From the NCBI GenBank assembly GCA_043780595.1, contig JAYWCL010000143.1:333-64332 (forward strand): a stretch of 64,000 nt of DNA, read 5' to 3'. Under the pieces are notes generated by a model, which did not search any database, was not told where the DNA came from, and worked only from the letters and a program-made list of their open reading frames with translations. Positions 17,772-27,594 of this stretch are shown here, piece by piece (the first letter of the stretch is position 1; every line of letters starts with the position of its first letter). This DNA comes from Limnoglobus sp. (GTDB lineage Bacteria; Planctomycetota; Planctomycetia; Gemmatales; Gemmataceae). A program made the position numbers and the translations under genes.

Positions 17772-19571
17772 TTACTTCTTCATGTTGAACGATGCAAAAT
17801 TCAGTCGGCCGTAGTTCTTGTCGCCGAAACGGACGTCGACGCGATGCGGCAATTGTCGCCCTTCGACGGTTTTATAGTCCGAGAAAAACAGTTCGCACGG
17901 GTCTTCTTCGCGAAGCACATACGCCTCGCAGGCGAGTAGTTTCCGGTCGGTTTGGCTGAAGAACCACTTGCACTCGATCGAGGCATGTTTCGTGCGTAAC
18001 ACTTCGCAATCGACGCGCTGCTTCGACCAATCCTCCACGGGGCGGCCATCGAGGTGTGGCGGGTAGATTGGCTCGGTGCCGCCGTGCGAGACGCCGAGTT
18101 CGAATGCCTTCGAGGTCGGCCCCATCGCGAGCAAGCGACGGTACTGATAGAGTGCCGCGAGCAATCCGCCGCTGTTATCGGGCACCTGTAACTGCGCCGG
18201 GCCGTTGGCCCCATCGAGCGGGTGGTAAACGAATTCGACGTTCATCGTCAGCTTCGCTTCGGGGTTACCGTCGGCGGCTTCGCCAGCAATCAGCGTCAAC
18301 GGTCCGCGACGTTCGTTCGCATCGAACGAGCCGCTAATCGCCCAGTTGCCGGGGAAGCCGGTGAAGTCGCCGTGCTTCGCGAAACCTTCCCAAAGTTGCT
18401 TCTGGCGCAGGTCGTTGAAGTAATAATTCGCGAAGCCTTTCTTCTCTTTGAACAGCTTCATCGCGGGCGATTTCTTCGCGCGTTCCTTGGCGGGGTCGGG
18501 CCGTTCGGGTTGCGGTGGCTTCGGCTGCGCCGCCGCATCGACGGGTGCATCTTTCAAACCCATCAGCCGCACGAGCACATTCTTTCGCGTGTTATCGCGG
18601 CGGTAACTCAGCGGCATTCGCCACTCGCTCGGGAAGATGCCGAGGATGTTCTTGTACTGGTTCGTGCTCGTCAGTGGGCGGCCCGCGAACGAGATGATCT
18701 TGTCGCCGGGCTTGATGCCGCGACGAAACACGTCGGCTTCTTCGAGGATCGTGCCGAACTTCATCTGGTTGAGTGCGCCGTCTTCGTTCTCCGTCTCGAT
18801 CGTTGCCCCGAGCGTGGCATGATCGGTGTCGATTCCCGAATAGAAGTGGCCGAGGAAGTTCTTGATCTGGTTGATCGAAATCGCGTAACCGACGCCGGAG
18901 TTCACGCGGCCGCGTTTGTCGAACGAGCCGCGGCCGTTAATGCCGATCAGTTCGGCTTTCATGTTGAACAGCGGCCCGCCCGAGTTACCCGGATTGATCG
19001 AGGTATCGATCTGAATGCAGTCGGTGTATTCGAGCATCCCGCCGCCTTCGGGCGGTTGATAGCGGTTCACACCGCTAATGAGGCCGTACGTGACCGTCGG
19101 GTTGAAATCGTTCGCCAAACCGAACGGGTTGCCCATCGCGAGCGACCAATCGCTGACGCGGACTTTGTCGCTATCGCCGAGCGGCACGAACGGGAACGGC
19201 GTGCCCGCTTTCTTCGGCAATAACTTGATGAGTGCCACATCGCCGACTTTGTCTTGGCCCACCAGCACGGCATCGTAAAGGATGCCATCAGCGAGGCCCG
19301 CTTGCATGACGGGGCTGATCGAATCGGTGACGTGATAATTCGTGAGCGCGTAGCCTTCGGGGTCGATGACCACGCCCGACCCGACCGCCTGCCCGCCATA
19401 CGAACAGACCGCAACCACGGCCGGTTTCACCTTGTTGACAACCGCAATCCGCTCGTTCTCGGCTTTCAAAACGTCGGCATCGACGGCGGCATTCGTCGGC
19501 CACGCAACGACGACAATCGCCAACGCCGTCGGCACGAAACACGCCAACCAAACCCGCAACGAATCGCGCAT
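17772..19571 (-). CDS. Active HtrA-like serine protease with PDZ and a C-terminal extension
   Basis: Signal peptide; LTNYHV / GDVALIKL / INPGNSGGPL all intact. Confidence 0.88.
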   Translation of the reverse strand: MRDSLRVWLACFVPTALAIVVVAWPTNAAVDADVLKAENERIAVVNKVKPAVVAVCSYGGQAVGSGVVIDPEGYALTNYHVTDSISPVMQAGLADGILYDAVLVGQDKVGDVALIKLLPKKAGTPFPFVPLGDSDKVRVSDWSLAMGNPFGLANDFNPTVTYGLISGVNRYQPPEGGGMLEYTDCIQIDTSINPGNSGGPLFNMKAELIGINGRGSFDKRGRVNSGVGYAISINQIKNFLGHFYSGIDTDHATLGATIETENEDGALNQMKFGTILEEADVFRRGIKPGDKIISFAGRPLTSTNQYKNILGIFPSEWRMPLSYRRDNTRKNVLVRLMGLKDAPVDAAAQPKPPQPERPDPAKERAKKSPAMKLFKEKKGFANYYFNDLRQKQLWEGFAKHGDFTGFPGNWAISGSFDANERRGPLTLIAGEAADGNPEAKLTMNVEFVYHPLDGANGPAQLQVPDNSGGLLAALYQYRRLLAMGPTSKAFELGVSHGGTEPIYPPHLDGRPVEDWSKQRVDCEVLRTKHASIECKWFFSQTDRKLLACEAYVLREEDPCELFFSDYKTVEGRQLPHRVDVRFGDKNYGRLNFASFNMKK

Positions 19572-19590
19572 GTCGAATGTCCTAAATGCA

Positions 19591-19717
19591 CCCAGGGGTA
19601 CGACGAAGCGTCTAACCCTGGGCTATCAGATGCTACCCCGTTGGGGTAAAAACTCGCTATGCATTTACCCCAACGGGGTTGCATCACATAGCCCAGGGTC
19701 GCGTCCGCGCCCCTGGG
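19591..19717. repeat. REPIN-like family B, second copy
   Basis: Left arm CCCAGGGGTACGACGAAGCGTCTAACCCTGGGCTATCAGATGCTACCCCGTTGGGGTAAA nearly matches the 14364 copy; right arm TTTACCCCAACGGGGTT...TAGCCCAGGG...CCCCTGGG. Confidence 0.88.
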
Positions 19718-19729
19718 TTTGCTACCAAC

Positions 19730-20956
19730 TCATTTCTGAAGGCGTGCCTCGGCGAGATCGATCTGGTTGCCGTGGAACAGGCCATCGCGTTCCAGCGTGA
19801 TTTTGAGTTCCTTCACGCCCTTGACATCGAGGTTCAGTAACCTCGGTTTGTCCTTCCGCGAGATACTTTCGGCAAACAGTTTCTTGCCGTCGGCTTCGAT
19901 GGTGAGCGTGACCACGCTCGTAGCCAGTTGCACCGATTCGTCGATCCCGACGATGGCTTTGAACTCGCGATACTCGCCCGCCAGCTTGTACGTGAGCGAC
20001 GTATCGGGGTAGATCCATACGCCTTTTGCGTAGTTCGTGCCATCGAGTTTGAACGCGGTCTTTTCGTCGGTCTTGTCGTTGAAGTACGTGAAGTACGGCT
20101 CGCCCGGCGTCGGCATCGGCGCGACCACGACCGGTTCGAGGTCGGACAAGTACGCGATGTTACCCTGCGAGAAATCGAGCTTGGACAAACCTGCCGTCGT
20201 AGGGTACTCGAACGTCGCCCCGCTAACCGTGGTGATTCGCAACACGCCGCCCTTCAGAAGCTGCACGCCTTTCGCGGTGAGAACGTTCCCGAAGACATCG
20301 ATTGCCCGGCATACCGTCGGCGGGATCGCCCCGCGCGATGGCTGGTTGAAGACGATGCCACCGGTCGCACGGGTGAGCTTGAACGCCACCTTTTGCCCAT
20401 CCGATTCGCGCTCGAAATCGATCGAGTCGCCCGCTTCATTGCCATCGAGCACGGTGCCGGGAATCGGGCTGAAGCCGTCGGCTTGTTTGATGACGAAGAG
20501 ATCGCGTTTGCCGCGTGTCTTGAGGAGTTGCTTCCACTCGTCGCGGTTTTTCTGATCGTCGGCCCCACGAAGCACCGAGAACACCGTTTCAGTCGGTAGG
20601 TCGATCTTCGGGGCGGCAGTGACTGATCCGATAATCAACGTTGGCTCAAACTTTTTACCGCGAATTTTCAGGCCCGAACAGCGGATGATCGAGCCGTCGA
20701 TCAGTTCGATTTCATCGAACTTCGTGCCCTTGGCGATCGGATCGACTTTGGATCGAAAATCGACGACGAACATATCCTTAACGGCGATACCGATATTGCC
20801 CGCCGCTTCGGTGCGGAAGGTGACGATGCCATCGTTGATGCTCGCGATGTCGCCGAGATATTTCTTGCCGGTGAGCGTGCTGATCTCGGCCGCTTGTGCC
20901 GAAACCATCGCGATACACAAGGCGAGCACAGCGAAAGCACGTCGGATGGTGTTCAT
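19730..20956 (-). CDS. Exported NPCBM/NEW2 domain protein
   Basis: Signal peptide; C-terminal YLSDL...YAKGVWIYPDTSLTYKL...FKAIVGIDES...LDVKGVKELKI. Confidence 0.8.
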   Translation of the reverse strand: MNTIRRAFAVLALCIAMVSAQAAEISTLTGKKYLGDIASINDGIVTFRTEAAGNIGIAVKDMFVVDFRSKVDPIAKGTKFDEIELIDGSIIRCSGLKIRGKKFEPTLIIGSVTAAPKIDLPTETVFSVLRGADDQKNRDEWKQLLKTRGKRDLFVIKQADGFSPIPGTVLDGNEAGDSIDFERESDGQKVAFKLTRATGGIVFNQPSRGAIPPTVCRAIDVFGNVLTAKGVQLLKGGVLRITTVSGATFEYPTTAGLSKLDFSQGNIAYLSDLEPVVVAPMPTPGEPYFTYFNDKTDEKTAFKLDGTNYAKGVWIYPDTSLTYKLAGEYREFKAIVGIDESVQLATSVVTLTIEADGKKLFAESISRKDKPRLLNLDVKGVKELKITLERDGLFHGNQIDLAEARLQK

Positions 20957-20979
20957 GTCTCTCGATTCACGATGGTTTT

Positions 20980-21064
20980 GTTAGCCCGACGCGCTAGCGA
21001 GGGATTGTCATTGATTCTGCGACGACGTTCATTTCGCGGGTTCCCCTTGCTTGCGCTGCGGGCT
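20980..21064. repeat. REPIN-like family C: inverted doublet
   Basis: Left arm GTTAGCCCGACGCGCTAGCGAGGGA (20980-21004); right arm TCCCCTTGCTTGCGCTGCGGGCT (21042-21064), an imperfect reverse complement. Confidence 0.7.
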
Positions 21065-21142
21065 GGCACGATAGCGGCGACGCGAATGACAAAGGCGGCG
21101 GTCGCGGTTGCGAACGCCGCCCATTGTGACTGTCCACCACAA

Positions 21143-22222
21143 TTATGGTTGAACGCCGTTGACCTTGTTCAGCGATTTGAAATACTCCTCGATCATTGGC
21201 CGGTATTTCGGCGGCAGATCGCGAGTGATTTCCTGGATCGCCTTCGCTCGCTCGGCGGGGGGCAGAACGCCCCACGACTCGGCTAGCTTCTTGAGTTTCT
21301 TCTCGCCGACTTTGCCATCGCCCGAACCGCCCATAATCATGCTGTCCGCTGCGGGACCGCTAGGAGTAACAGTGCCACCTTGACCCGGCTGACCGCCGGA
21401 GGGGCAATTTCCGCCGTTTCAGGCACCCCCTTTGGCTTGGTTCTCCAGTTCCTTGATCTTTTCGTCGAGGCGGAACACAATCTTCTTTTGAATGTCTTGC
21501 GTTTGTGGACCACCGCGAGCGAGGTCCAGGCGGCGACCGCTGTTATCCATCAGTCGGCCGATGTTCGCTAAGTCCTTCTGATCGGCAGACCAATTCTGCA
21601 TGTCGAAGAACATCAGCGTGGCGACCATCTTGTAGCGGTCGGGGGCGTCGGCGACATCGTCCAGCAGGCGAACGATCGATCCGTTCGCGAGTTCTTTCTG
21701 GATCGTCGCATGTTCGGCAACGGCCTTGTAGAAGAAGAACGCAGACGGCTCGACGACGAACTCCGCACGCACGGACTTCAAGGCTTCGAGGGCTTCTTCG
21801 TAGACTCGCTTCGAGGAGAGTGCCTTGGCGTAAGCCGTGGCAATGTTCGCCCGGAAGAAGTCGTTGTTCTTGACGTCCTTGATGATCGACGGCACCGACA
21901 TCGGCGGCATCGCATCGGGGTTGCGGGCATCGAGCAACATCGCTTCGGCTTCGGTACTGCCGAGGAGTAAGCTATCGATCGTGCGATCGAATACGCTACG
22001 CGATTCGTTCGCCCAAATTTTCTCGAACGCACCCGCGTCCATCTTACCGATGGATCCGAGCCACTCGGCGGATCTGGCCTTCGCTTGGTCGGCCGGAGCC
22101 GTCCGAAGCGTACCGAAGGTATACACCGTCGGCTTCGCAGCTTCCGCAGCGATGGCAGGTTGGGATATTGAGATTGTTACCGCTGACATCGCAGCGGCAG
22201 CAATCCACTTACGAAGGGCCAC
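21143..22222 (-). CDS. Exported TPR-like/coiled-coil protein with an in-frame UGA at codon 268 (candidate selenoprotein, 359 aa)
   Basis: Track ORFs 21419..22222 and 21143..21340 share a frame with no other stop between them: ...ELENQAKGGA-(UGA)-NGGNCPSGGQPGQGG...ADSMIMGG...SWGVLPPAERAKAIQEITRDLPPKYRPMIEEYFKSL. GTG start after GAGGAGG; signal peptide. Confidence 0.7.
21373..21406 (-). promoter_or_regulatory. Candidate bacterial SECIS hairpin 3' of the UGA
   Basis: mRNA UGA AAC GGC GGA AAU UGC CCC UCCGGC-GGUCA-GCCGGG UCAA GGUGGCA. Upper stem UCCGGC/GCCGGG with GGUCA loop; lower stem UGCC/GGCA plus CC/GG. Confidence 0.55.
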
Positions 22223-22368
22223 GCGAACTCCTCCTCAAGTTATGAAACATCGGCTCGGAGAGTTTACAAGTCTTGGAACGACCGCTGGTTATCACGATAA
22301 CCCCACGTCGTATCTTACGCAACAGTAACGCGCAATTGCTCATCGCACAATCATGATTGTGAAGAAAG

Positions 22369-24291
22369 CTACTGATTCGCCCCGGTTGCGATCTTCTGCA
22401 CCATGTCTTGCAGTTTCGCCTGACGCAGGGAAATCTGCCGTAGTTCCATTTGAATGATCGCGTCCGAAGCTTGTTCGCCCTGATACTTTTTGCCGTACAT
22501 CAGCGTGCGGCTGTTCACTTGCATCTGGAATGCACGAATCAAACGCAGTTCCGCGAGCAGGTCGATCAGCTTCTTGTTTTGCGGTTTGTTGTTGCTCGGT
22601 TTACTTTGACTTTGACCGCTTTGGATGTCTTGCTGTGCTTTTTTGAGTGCCTTCACCATGTCGTCGAGCATCGCGATGATGTTCTCTTCGATCTGCTGCG
22701 TGTCGGTATCGACGTAGCATTCGAGCAATCGGCGTTGCACGGACTGCATATCGCCTTTCACTTCTTCGAGAACTCGCGCAAACGCGACTGCGGAGCCTTC
22801 GCTTTCGAGTAGCTTCAACGCCTTCTCGGCCTCAGCGATGATCTCGGTTTCCTTGTCGCCTTGTTGCTGCGATTTCTGACGGTCGGCAGTGGTCTTCTCG
22901 TTGCCGTTTTTGACAATGCCTGCGTGAATCAACTTCGTGCTTTCGTAAACTTCCTTTTGCATCGCCAACATGCGATTGCAGCGTGCCTCGAGGGCAGCGA
23001 GCGTCTTGAGCATTTCTTCTTCGCGTAACTGATTCAGCTTCTTTTTCAGTTCGTCGATTGCTTTGGCGAGTGCCTCGATCGCTTTATCTTCTTTCTTGGC
23101 GGCGGCGTTGCGGTCGTCTTTCTTCAAGTCCTCTTCGGCACCCTTTTGTTGCGGATACGCTTCTTCGACGTTCTTGCGTCCGGGCGGAGCTTGCGCTTGG
23201 TTCGGTGGTGGCGGCGGGGCTTCGCCGGGGGGTGGAGGTTGCCCGCCACCCTTGGAACTCGCCTGTTGGTCGCTCGGCTTCGCGTCGCTGCCTTTGCCCT
23301 TCGCTTCGCCACCCGGTTTGCCTTCGGATGGCTTGCCTTCACCCTTGCCCTTGCTGGCGTCTTTGCTCTCCGCAGGTGGGCCAGCTTTGGGTTCGCCCGG
23401 CTTCGGTTCGGCCTTCGGTTCACCCGGTTTCGGCTCGCCCGCCTTCGCTTCGTCATCTTTACTCGGCTTCGGTTTGCCGGCATCGTCTTTTGGCTTCGCA
23501 GGTTTCGCTTCGCCGCCGGCTTCGCCAGGTTTCGGCTCGCCTTTGTCGCCGGATTTCGCATCTCCCGTGTCGGCCTTCGGCTCGGCGCTACTTTCGCCGG
23601 GCTTGGCATCGGACTTCGGTTGCGATTTCGGATCGACCTTCGGGCCAGCCGGCTTGCCTTCGGTCTTCTTGCCACCCATGCGGTCGATCAGATCTTTCGT
23701 ATCGGCAGCGACATCGGCCTGATTCTTCGCGATCTTGTTCGGGTCACCCTTCGCCGATTCCGTCATCGCGCGAATGATCTCTTCGCGTCGTTTCAGTGCC
23801 TCCGCATCTTTCAAGAACCGTTCGAGTTTCTCGATCTCGGCTTTCAGACGTGCCGATTCATCGTCGGTCATCAGGATGTTGAGCATCTCTTGAAGCGCTT
23901 TCGCCAACTCGCCGTTTTGACCGAGGAGTTGATCGACGTCTTGAATCTTATTCGAGCCTTTGCTGAGGCCCGTGATCAAGTTCTTATACTGGTTATCGAC
24001 GTTGGCTTTCTCGGCGACTTCGAGTGCCGCACGGATCGTCTTCGAGCGATCTTTATCTTCCTGGCGGTCGCTCTTTTCGAGCTTCTGAGCCAAAACGAGC
24101 AAGCCACGTTTGAGGTCTTGGAACAGCTTGGCATTCTGTTCCTGCGGCCCGCGCAATTCGGTTGCGGTCTTCGGTGGTGGCGCATCGGCAGGCGGTTTTG
24201 GGGCTTGTGCGACGAGAGATTCGCTGAAAACGAGTAGGCCGAGAGCCACGGCAACGAGTGGTGCGAAGGTAAGGGGAATCCGACGGTTCAT
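22369..24291 (-). CDS. Exported coiled-coil protein with a long Pro/Lys/Gly/Glu-rich linker (DUF4175-like)
   Basis: Signal peptide; heptad-rich ends; low-complexity KPGEPKAEPKPGEPKAG region. Confidence 0.75.
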   Translation of the reverse strand: MNRRIPLTFAPLVAVALGLLVFSESLVAQAPKPPADAPPPKTATELRGPQEQNAKLFQDLKRGLLVLAQKLEKSDRQEDKDRSKTIRAALEVAEKANVDNQYKNLITGLSKGSNKIQDVDQLLGQNGELAKALQEMLNILMTDDESARLKAEIEKLERFLKDAEALKRREEIIRAMTESAKGDPNKIAKNQADVAADTKDLIDRMGGKKTEGKPAGPKVDPKSQPKSDAKPGESSAEPKADTGDAKSGDKGEPKPGEAGGEAKPAKPKDDAGKPKPSKDDEAKAGEPKPGEPKAEPKPGEPKAGPPAESKDASKGKGEGKPSEGKPGGEAKGKGSDAKPSDQQASSKGGGQPPPPGEAPPPPPNQAQAPPGRKNVEEAYPQQKGAEEDLKKDDRNAAAKKEDKAIEALAKAIDELKKKLNQLREEEMLKTLAALEARCNRMLAMQKEVYESTKLIHAGIVKNGNEKTTADRQKSQQQGDKETEIIAEAEKALKLLESEGSAVAFARVLEEVKGDMQSVQRRLLECYVDTDTQQIEENIIAMLDDMVKALKKAQQDIQSGQSQSKPSNNKPQNKKLIDLLAELRLIRAFQMQVNSRTLMYGKKYQGEQASDAIIQMELRQISLRQAKLQDMVQKIATGANQ

Positions 24292-24363
24292 GGGACAACT
24301 CCCGAATAATCGTGTCGCACATCGAGTATAAGACGAATCAATCGTATCATTCCAACAGTCGAT

Positions 24364-27300
24364 TTACTTCACCCGAATTTTCACTTCGACCAGCGAACCG
24401 GCTGATGGCACCAACCGTATCGTATATTCGCCGGGTTTCGTGCCGGCTGCAAGTTCATAATCGACGGTTTCTTTATCTTCGGGCAATGCGATTTCTTTCG
24501 GGAAGGTCAGTTCGCCGTTCTTCGGGCCATCGCACTTCACGACGAGTGCGCCGCCCGTGTACGCTTTCCAGTTGATCGCGTGGCTCAACTTTTTCTTTTC
24601 GCCCATCGCCAATTCCACTAGTGGGATCGCGGCGATTTCTGGCAGGTACAAGCGGTCGAGAATTTCGCGACGGAAGCTGGATAGCGACGCTCCGACCGCG
24701 AGTTGGTTCTTGCGTAACTTGTCCAATGCGCTACGGATGTTGCTCAGGCTGATCGCTTCGCCGAGCTTTTCGCGTAAGTCCGATACGGCCCGAATCACCT
24801 CGGCGAGATCGCGTTTGTCCGCTTCGATCAACGGTTCTTCGGGCCGTCGTCCTTCGATGAGTGCCGTCTGCAATTGCGCGTGCGATGCCTCCGATTGGGG
24901 AAACAGTTTCTCGGCAATCGTCGTGAGGTCGCCGATCTTGCTGCGGTAACCTTTGAGTGTCTCTTCGCGAATGTCGTTGAACGTGGCTTCGCGTTCGAGC
25001 CGTCGGAACTCGATGAGAATCCCGTTCGTCATGTCGTGGCCTTTGCCGATGTCCTGTGCGACATCTTGCGAACGCACGGCTGCGTTGGTAATCACTTCGG
25101 CGGCGGGGTTCGGGCTGAGCAGGCGTTCGCTCGTCTGGTTGAGTTTCGTCTGCGCGTCGCGGAGTTTCTTGAGCACATCGTCCAGCTTCGAGGCCTGCGT
25201 TTCTTCGTCCTTCGACATTTCCGCAAGTAGCTCCGCCTCGGAGATAACGAGCAAGCGAATCGGCTCCAAACTTTGTCCCGTCTTCGGCCCCGTTTCGTAG
25301 TTCGCGTCGGTCGCCAACAAGTTCATTTCCAGTTTGTATCGCGGTTGCAGTTTGTTGGGATCGCGCTCGAGCAGAGCCGGTATCGCGACTTTGAGATCGA
25401 ACGCATCGAGTTCCTGATTCGGGAAGCGTACCTCACGGACCACTTGCGATTTGTCCGGGTCGGCGGGTTTCGCGAGTTGTTGCAACAGGCTTTCCTTCGT
25501 GTTCGCGTTCAGCTTCGCGAAATCTTCCTGGAACCGCGTCACGGGGAACGATCCCGTCGTGCGTTGCCCACTATTGTCGGCGAACATCGCCATCGTGAAC
25601 GTGGCGCTCGTCAGCGGCACCAGTGCGGCGGCGATCGTCGGCGAGAGCGGGGCACCCGCCCAGATCCCGGCGAGCGCGTTCGCTTTGACTTCGGTCACGA
25701 CCTGTGCATCTTGTTGCGCGTAGTTGTATGCGAACACGACTTGACTCAGTGCCGCATCGTCTTTCACTTTGCTCTCGGTCACGAACGGGATGCGGGCAAC
25801 CGGCGTCACGAGGTAAGTGTTGCCTTGTTTCCGAAGCACATCGACCGCCAACTCGACTTGCGGCGGTTGGTCTTCGGTTACGGTCACCAAGATCGATCGC
25901 GTCGATGTCACCCCGTCTTCATCGACGAGCACGATTTCAAATTCGATCGTTTGCAAAGGTCGGTCGGCGTCGCGGAACGCGATCGAGAATCGATCACGAG
26001 CGTCGCCTTCGGGTTTCAATTCGAGTGCTTCCACCGAACCGGCAGCGAGGCCCGGAATCTTGCCGATCTTTGGGCGAACGAGCACTTTTTGAAGTGCCTT
26101 GTCGGACTGCCCATTCAGTTCGAACACGGTGCCTTGAATAATCGAGAACACCGACTTGTCGCCCGTCAGTGACAGATCCTTGTCACCGATGAGTTGGCGC
26201 AGGCCTTTCAGGTCGGCAAAATTTTGGCGTGGGGCTTTCGGGTCGGCACTCGCTTCGCGGATCGGCGGGGCGTGGTACAAGTACGCGGGCTGGAGTTCGG
26301 TGCGGCTGAGTTTGGCGAACATCGGTGGCGGCACGAGCGTGACGACCTTCGGCATCGATGAGAAGTCCGCAGCGCGAACCGCGAACCGGATCGACTCTTT
26401 CAACCCAGAGATTTCGCCGACGAACTCGTTGTTCGCTTCGCGGTTCAGGTTCACGCGGCCACCCGTTTTAATGCCGTTGTACGACAGGCTGACCGCTTCC
26501 GGAATGTCGAGCTTCCGCAGTATCCGGCTGTACTTCGGGTTCACCGCTAGCCGTTCGAGTTTCTCGAACACCGTGCGAATACCTTCCGCATTGCCCGCCA
26601 CTGCTTCGATGCGGTCGGCGTCCCAACTGGCAGCATCGGCCGGGAGCGGTTTGCCGTCGTTACCCACAATGGCGGGCGTGATGGCAACCGGTGCGAAACC
26701 GAGCATCTTTGCATTGAGATCCGACCAGCCGAGCGGCCGCCAACCGTGGACGGCGCTGCGGTCGACCGTCACCCACTTGTAGGCCCGCGTGCGGACTTTC
26801 GGCGAAGCCGCATCTTTGCCGATCCGCATTTCGCTGTTCGGGAACCCGACGAATTCGAGGTGCGCTTTCCGTGGCCACGGCGTGTTGCGAAGTAGCAGGT
26901 TGCGTTCGCCCCAGATCGCCGCCACGTCGCCGAATTCTGCTGAAAAGCGCTTCACGGAAACTTGGCGCGTCACGATCGAGAAACCGACGAACGCGGCGAG
27001 CAGAATCCCGAGGGCGAAGCCGATGAGCAGCACCGCCTTCCACTTCAGGCGATACCAGTTGAACACCGAACTCACCGGCACCAGCGCCACTCGTTCGCGG
27101 GCTTCGTCGATCGTCTGACGGATCATCGTTTCGGAGTAACCGAACGATTTCATCTTGTCGATATCGGCGAGTTCGACGGCGGTGATCAAGCGATCGCCGA
27201 GGATTTCGGGGAAGCGCTTTTCGAGGACCAGCGCGAGTGCCGGGTACGAGAACGACTTCGTCAAACGGAACGCGAGTCGCGTAACGAGAATGCCCAGCAG

Positions 27301-27564
27301 CAGCACGCCGAGCGAGATGAGCGCCACCGCACGGAGCGCCTTCGGGGCATCGAGCACCCAGTCGAACGCCGTCGCGCGGAAGACGCCGTAATCGAGCGCC
27401 ATGCCGAGCCAAAACCAAAGGATGACGAACAGCCCCGCCGTCAGCAAGCCATCGCTCAGCACGTATTGGCGGATGCCAGAACGCAGCAGTTCGAGCGGGT
27501 GAACGATCTTCGCGTCCACGCCGGTGTCTTCGGTTTTTGTTGCGGTCGAGGCAGCCATTTTCAC
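24364..27564 (-). CDS. Multi-pass membrane protein with Ig-like and coiled-coil periplasmic region
   Basis: Three N-terminal TM helices, LVLEKRFPEILGDRLITAVEL, EDQPPQV, C-terminal coiled coil. Confidence 0.75.
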   Translation of the reverse strand: MKMAASTATKTEDTGVDAKIVHPLELLRSGIRQYVLSDGLLTAGLFVILWFWLGMALDYGVFRATAFDWVLDAPKALRAVALISLGVLLLGILVTRLAFRLTKSFSYPALALVLEKRFPEILGDRLITAVELADIDKMKSFGYSETMIRQTIDEARERVALVPVSSVFNWYRLKWKAVLLIGFALGILLAAFVGFSIVTRQVSVKRFSAEFGDVAAIWGERNLLLRNTPWPRKAHLEFVGFPNSEMRIGKDAASPKVRTRAYKWVTVDRSAVHGWRPLGWSDLNAKMLGFAPVAITPAIVGNDGKPLPADAASWDADRIEAVAGNAEGIRTVFEKLERLAVNPKYSRILRKLDIPEAVSLSYNGIKTGGRVNLNREANNEFVGEISGLKESIRFAVRAADFSSMPKVVTLVPPPMFAKLSRTELQPAYLYHAPPIREASADPKAPRQNFADLKGLRQLIGDKDLSLTGDKSVFSIIQGTVFELNGQSDKALQKVLVRPKIGKIPGLAAGSVEALELKPEGDARDRFSIAFRDADRPLQTIEFEIVLVDEDGVTSTRSILVTVTEDQPPQVELAVDVLRKQGNTYLVTPVARIPFVTESKVKDDAALSQVVFAYNYAQQDAQVVTEVKANALAGIWAGAPLSPTIAAALVPLTSATFTMAMFADNSGQRTTGSFPVTRFQEDFAKLNANTKESLLQQLAKPADPDKSQVVREVRFPNQELDAFDLKVAIPALLERDPNKLQPRYKLEMNLLATDANYETGPKTGQSLEPIRLLVISEAELLAEMSKDEETQASKLDDVLKKLRDAQTKLNQTSERLLSPNPAAEVITNAAVRSQDVAQDIGKGHDMTNGILIEFRRLEREATFNDIREETLKGYRSKIGDLTTIAEKLFPQSEASHAQLQTALIEGRRPEEPLIEADKRDLAEVIRAVSDLREKLGEAISLSNIRSALDKLRKNQLAVGASLSSFRREILDRLYLPEIAAIPLVELAMGEKKKLSHAINWKAYTGGALVVKCDGPKNGELTFPKEIALPEDKETVDYELAAGTKPGEYTIRLVPSAGSLVEVKIRVK

Positions 27565-27594
27565 TTCCGAGACAGTTAAAAGTTATCGCGATGC

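Noticed and set aside
16551-17939. Long alternative-frame or antisense ORFs (e.g. 373..1170, 16551..17939, 18222..19223, 23146..24237, 35444..36658)
   Set aside because: They are shadows of well-supported genes in GC-rich DNA, with no motifs of their own.
21143-21340. Independent 65-aa gene
   Set aside because: Weak RBS and no signal peptide, and it is in frame with the upstream ORF through a coding-like Gly-rich linker. It is better explained as that protein's C-terminus, although re-initiation is not excluded.
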